In this document: piece after piece, positions 62,741-64,000 of the stretch
How positions within the stretch are numbered: the stretch's first letter is position 1
Layout of the letters: each line of letters starts with the position of its first letter
Assembly: GCA_041082215.1 (NCBI GenBank)
Contig: JBDOIF010000152.1
Coordinates: 1,235-65,234 of the forward strand
DNA length: 64,000 nucleotides
Direction of reading: 5' to 3'
From: Anaerolineae bacterium
GTDB lineage: Bacteria > Chloroflexota > Anaerolineae > B4-G1 > DUEL01
Position numbers and translations under genes: made by a program
The notes under the pieces: model-generated
Told to the model about the DNA's origin: nothing
Databases searched by the model: none
What the model saw: only the letters and a program-made list of their open reading frames with translations

Positions 62741-63279
62741 GCACCTCCCAGTTCTTTGGCCCTGCGGAGGATAGCGCGCAGTTGGCGGATGCCCTGGATC
62801 CGTTTGGGCGTGAAGGACATCCGGCCCCGGGTCACCATGCCCAGCATCAGGGGGGACATGCGGATGCTCTGGAGGGGATGGTGGCGAAGGTAGTGCCCGG
62901 TCGCCAGACCCAGTTCGAAACTGCGCCCGTAAGTCTCCACCTGCCCCACGAAGGTCTCGGAGAAGCCGGTGATGGAAGCAGTGTAGTAGCCAGCCTGGAT
63001 GGCCAGCCGCTTGAGCTGGTACATAATGTCTGTGATCGGGATCTCCTGGGGGCAGCGGATGGTGCAGTAGTAGCAGGAGACGCAGAACCAGAAGGTGTTG
63101 CTTTTGAGGACCTCCTCCCGCATTCCGGCCAGGATCATTGCGAAGATCTCCCGCGGCGTGTAGTCCATAGCCGGGCCGGAAGGGCACGACCCGCCACAGG
63201 AACCGCACTGAATACAGGCCCTCAGCCGCTCCCCGCCGGGGATCGCCATCACCTCTTCTAGGAAGCTCTTTTCTGCCAT
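62734..63279 (-). CDS. hdrC: Heterodisulfide reductase subunit C-like, paralog 3
   Basis: CIQCGSCGGSCP...CVSCYYCTIRCP; start set at MAEKSF (could be MARRRD at 63324). Confidence 0.75.
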   Translation of the reverse strand: MAEKSFLEEVMAIPGGERLRACIQCGSCGGSCPSGPAMDYTPREIFAMILAGMREEVLKSNTFWFCVSCYYCTIRCPQEIPITDIMYQLKRLAIQAGYYTASITGFSETFVGQVETYGRSFELGLATGHYLRHHPLQSIRMSPLMLGMVTRGRMSFTPKRIQGIRQLRAILRRAKELGGAW

Positions 63280-63304
63280 ACTCTCCTCCTGATCCGACCG
63301 GCTC

Positions 63305-64000
63305 TTATCCCGCCTCCGTGCCAAAGAGCAGCCTCTCCACTTCCCGTAGCCGCTCCAGTCCTTTCACCTCGAAAGGGAGCAGAGGGAGCTTGACCAGCGT
63401 GATCCGGTCGCCGTACTCCTCCTCCAGCATCTGGAGGTAGGGACGCTGCATCTGTGCCCGTTGCCGCAGGAAATCCCCGTTCGCGTTCAATACCAGGTCG
63501 TTGACGATCATGTACCGGACCTCAAGCCCATACCGGGCCAGGTCCCGGATCACCCGGCGGCTCTGGTAGACCCCCAGAGCTTCGGGGATGGTGACCAGGA
63601 TGAACTCGACATTGGCCGGATCGGTGAAGAAGCGAATCGTCTGCTCCGAGAGGGCCTTCCAGCTCTCGATGATCTCCAGAAAGGGGGTCCTGGAGAGTTT
63701 AAAGGTGTCCCGCACCTCCAGATAGACCTTGGGCGCTACCCGCAGATGTTCCAGGAACCGCTGCGGCAGGCCCAGGAGGCGGAGCGTATCGCCAGCCGGC
63801 GCCGTATCCCAGACGATCATGTCGTAGCGCCGATCCCGTACCCGTTCCAGGATGTAATCCAGCAGAAACTCCTCCTGGATGCCGGGGGCCATAGCCACAT
63901 AATCTACCACCTCGTCATAGGGCAGGTCAATCAACGCCGACGCCGCCTCATACACTTCCGGCCCGAACTTCTCCTTCCAGCGGCGCATCACCTCGTCGGG
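63305..64000 (-). CDS. ArsA/GET3-family ATPase-like protein, C-terminal part (N-terminus beyond window end)
   Basis: MIVWDTAPAGDTLRLLGLP...FILVTIPEALGVYQSRRVIRDLARYGLEVRYMIVNDL resembles the ArsA-type anion-transporting ATPase distal region; the frame is open to the window edge. Confidence 0.5.
   Translation of the reverse strand, partial: PDEVMRRWKEKFGPEVYEAASALIDLPYDEVVDYVAMAPGIQEEFLLDYILERVRDRRYDMIVWDTAPAGDTLRLLGLPQRFLEHLRVAPKVYLEVRDTFKLSRTPFLEIIESWKALSEQTIRFFTDPANVEFILVTIPEALGVYQSRRVIRDLARYGLEVRYMIVNDLVLNANGDFLRQRAQMQRPYLQMLEEEYGDRITLVKLPLLPFEVKGLERLREVERLLFGTEAG

Noticed and set aside
1-64000. CRISPR arrays, rRNA genes, tRNA genes, integrases/transposases
   Set aside because: Scanned by eye for regular spacer/repeat periodicity, conserved rRNA blocks, tRNA T-arm motifs (GGTTCGAATCC and variants) and DDE/tyrosine-recombinase motifs; none found. 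The tandem heptamers have no spacers and are too short for CRISPR.

Overview
This is a 64-kb window of very GC-rich (about 65-70% by eye) bacterial DNA; lineage is uncertain, and the long Bacillus-type SRP RNA with an Alu domain plus a YabE-like G5/3D protein only hint at a Terrabacteria/Chloroflexota-like organism. The first 45 kb is mostly housekeeping and envelope genes: a hybrid REC-histidine kinase, an ABC-2 exporter, an Ldh_2 dehydrogenase, a pterin-binding methyltransferase, etfAB, rsmA, ftsK, an S1-domain protein, uvrC, an ADH, glycosylation genes including a giant YfhO-Wzx fusion, a NarL-type two-component system, an orphan Flp pilin, an M23 peptidase, a spermidine-synthase-like membrane protein, mobA and hypA. 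The last 20 kb is the most unusual part. It is a minus-strand locus with selenocysteine-type (in-frame TGA) formate dehydrogenase FdhA and an FdhB/FrhB-like Fe-S protein. It also carries two paralogous heterodisulfide-reductase modules, hdrA (both copies with in-frame TGA) with mvhD, plus hdrB/hdrC and an HdrCB fusion. Embedded in it are a lipoate-protein ligase and a formate/nitrite-channel fused to a receiver domain. The same locus has been heavily colonised by selfish cassettes: a low-GC GmrSD-like restriction enzyme, about five toxin-antitoxin modules and a four-helix-bundle protein. One TA cassette is flanked by a 73-bp direct repeat that also forms the 3' end of the fdhB-like gene. Throughout the window there are families of short tandem or palindromic hepta/nonanucleotide repeats (TACGCAA/TACGGAA, GTCAAAC/GTCAGRC, CACGGAGA, TTGCTGG, AAGCTGAAGCTT). 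They sit in intergenic hairpins and, remarkably, as in-frame insertions inside coding sequences (fdhA and three sites in the YfhO-Wzx gene), and they create spurious N- or C-terminal extensions. No CRISPR array, rRNA or convincing tRNA was seen. All calls rest on sequence motifs read by eye; no database search was run.
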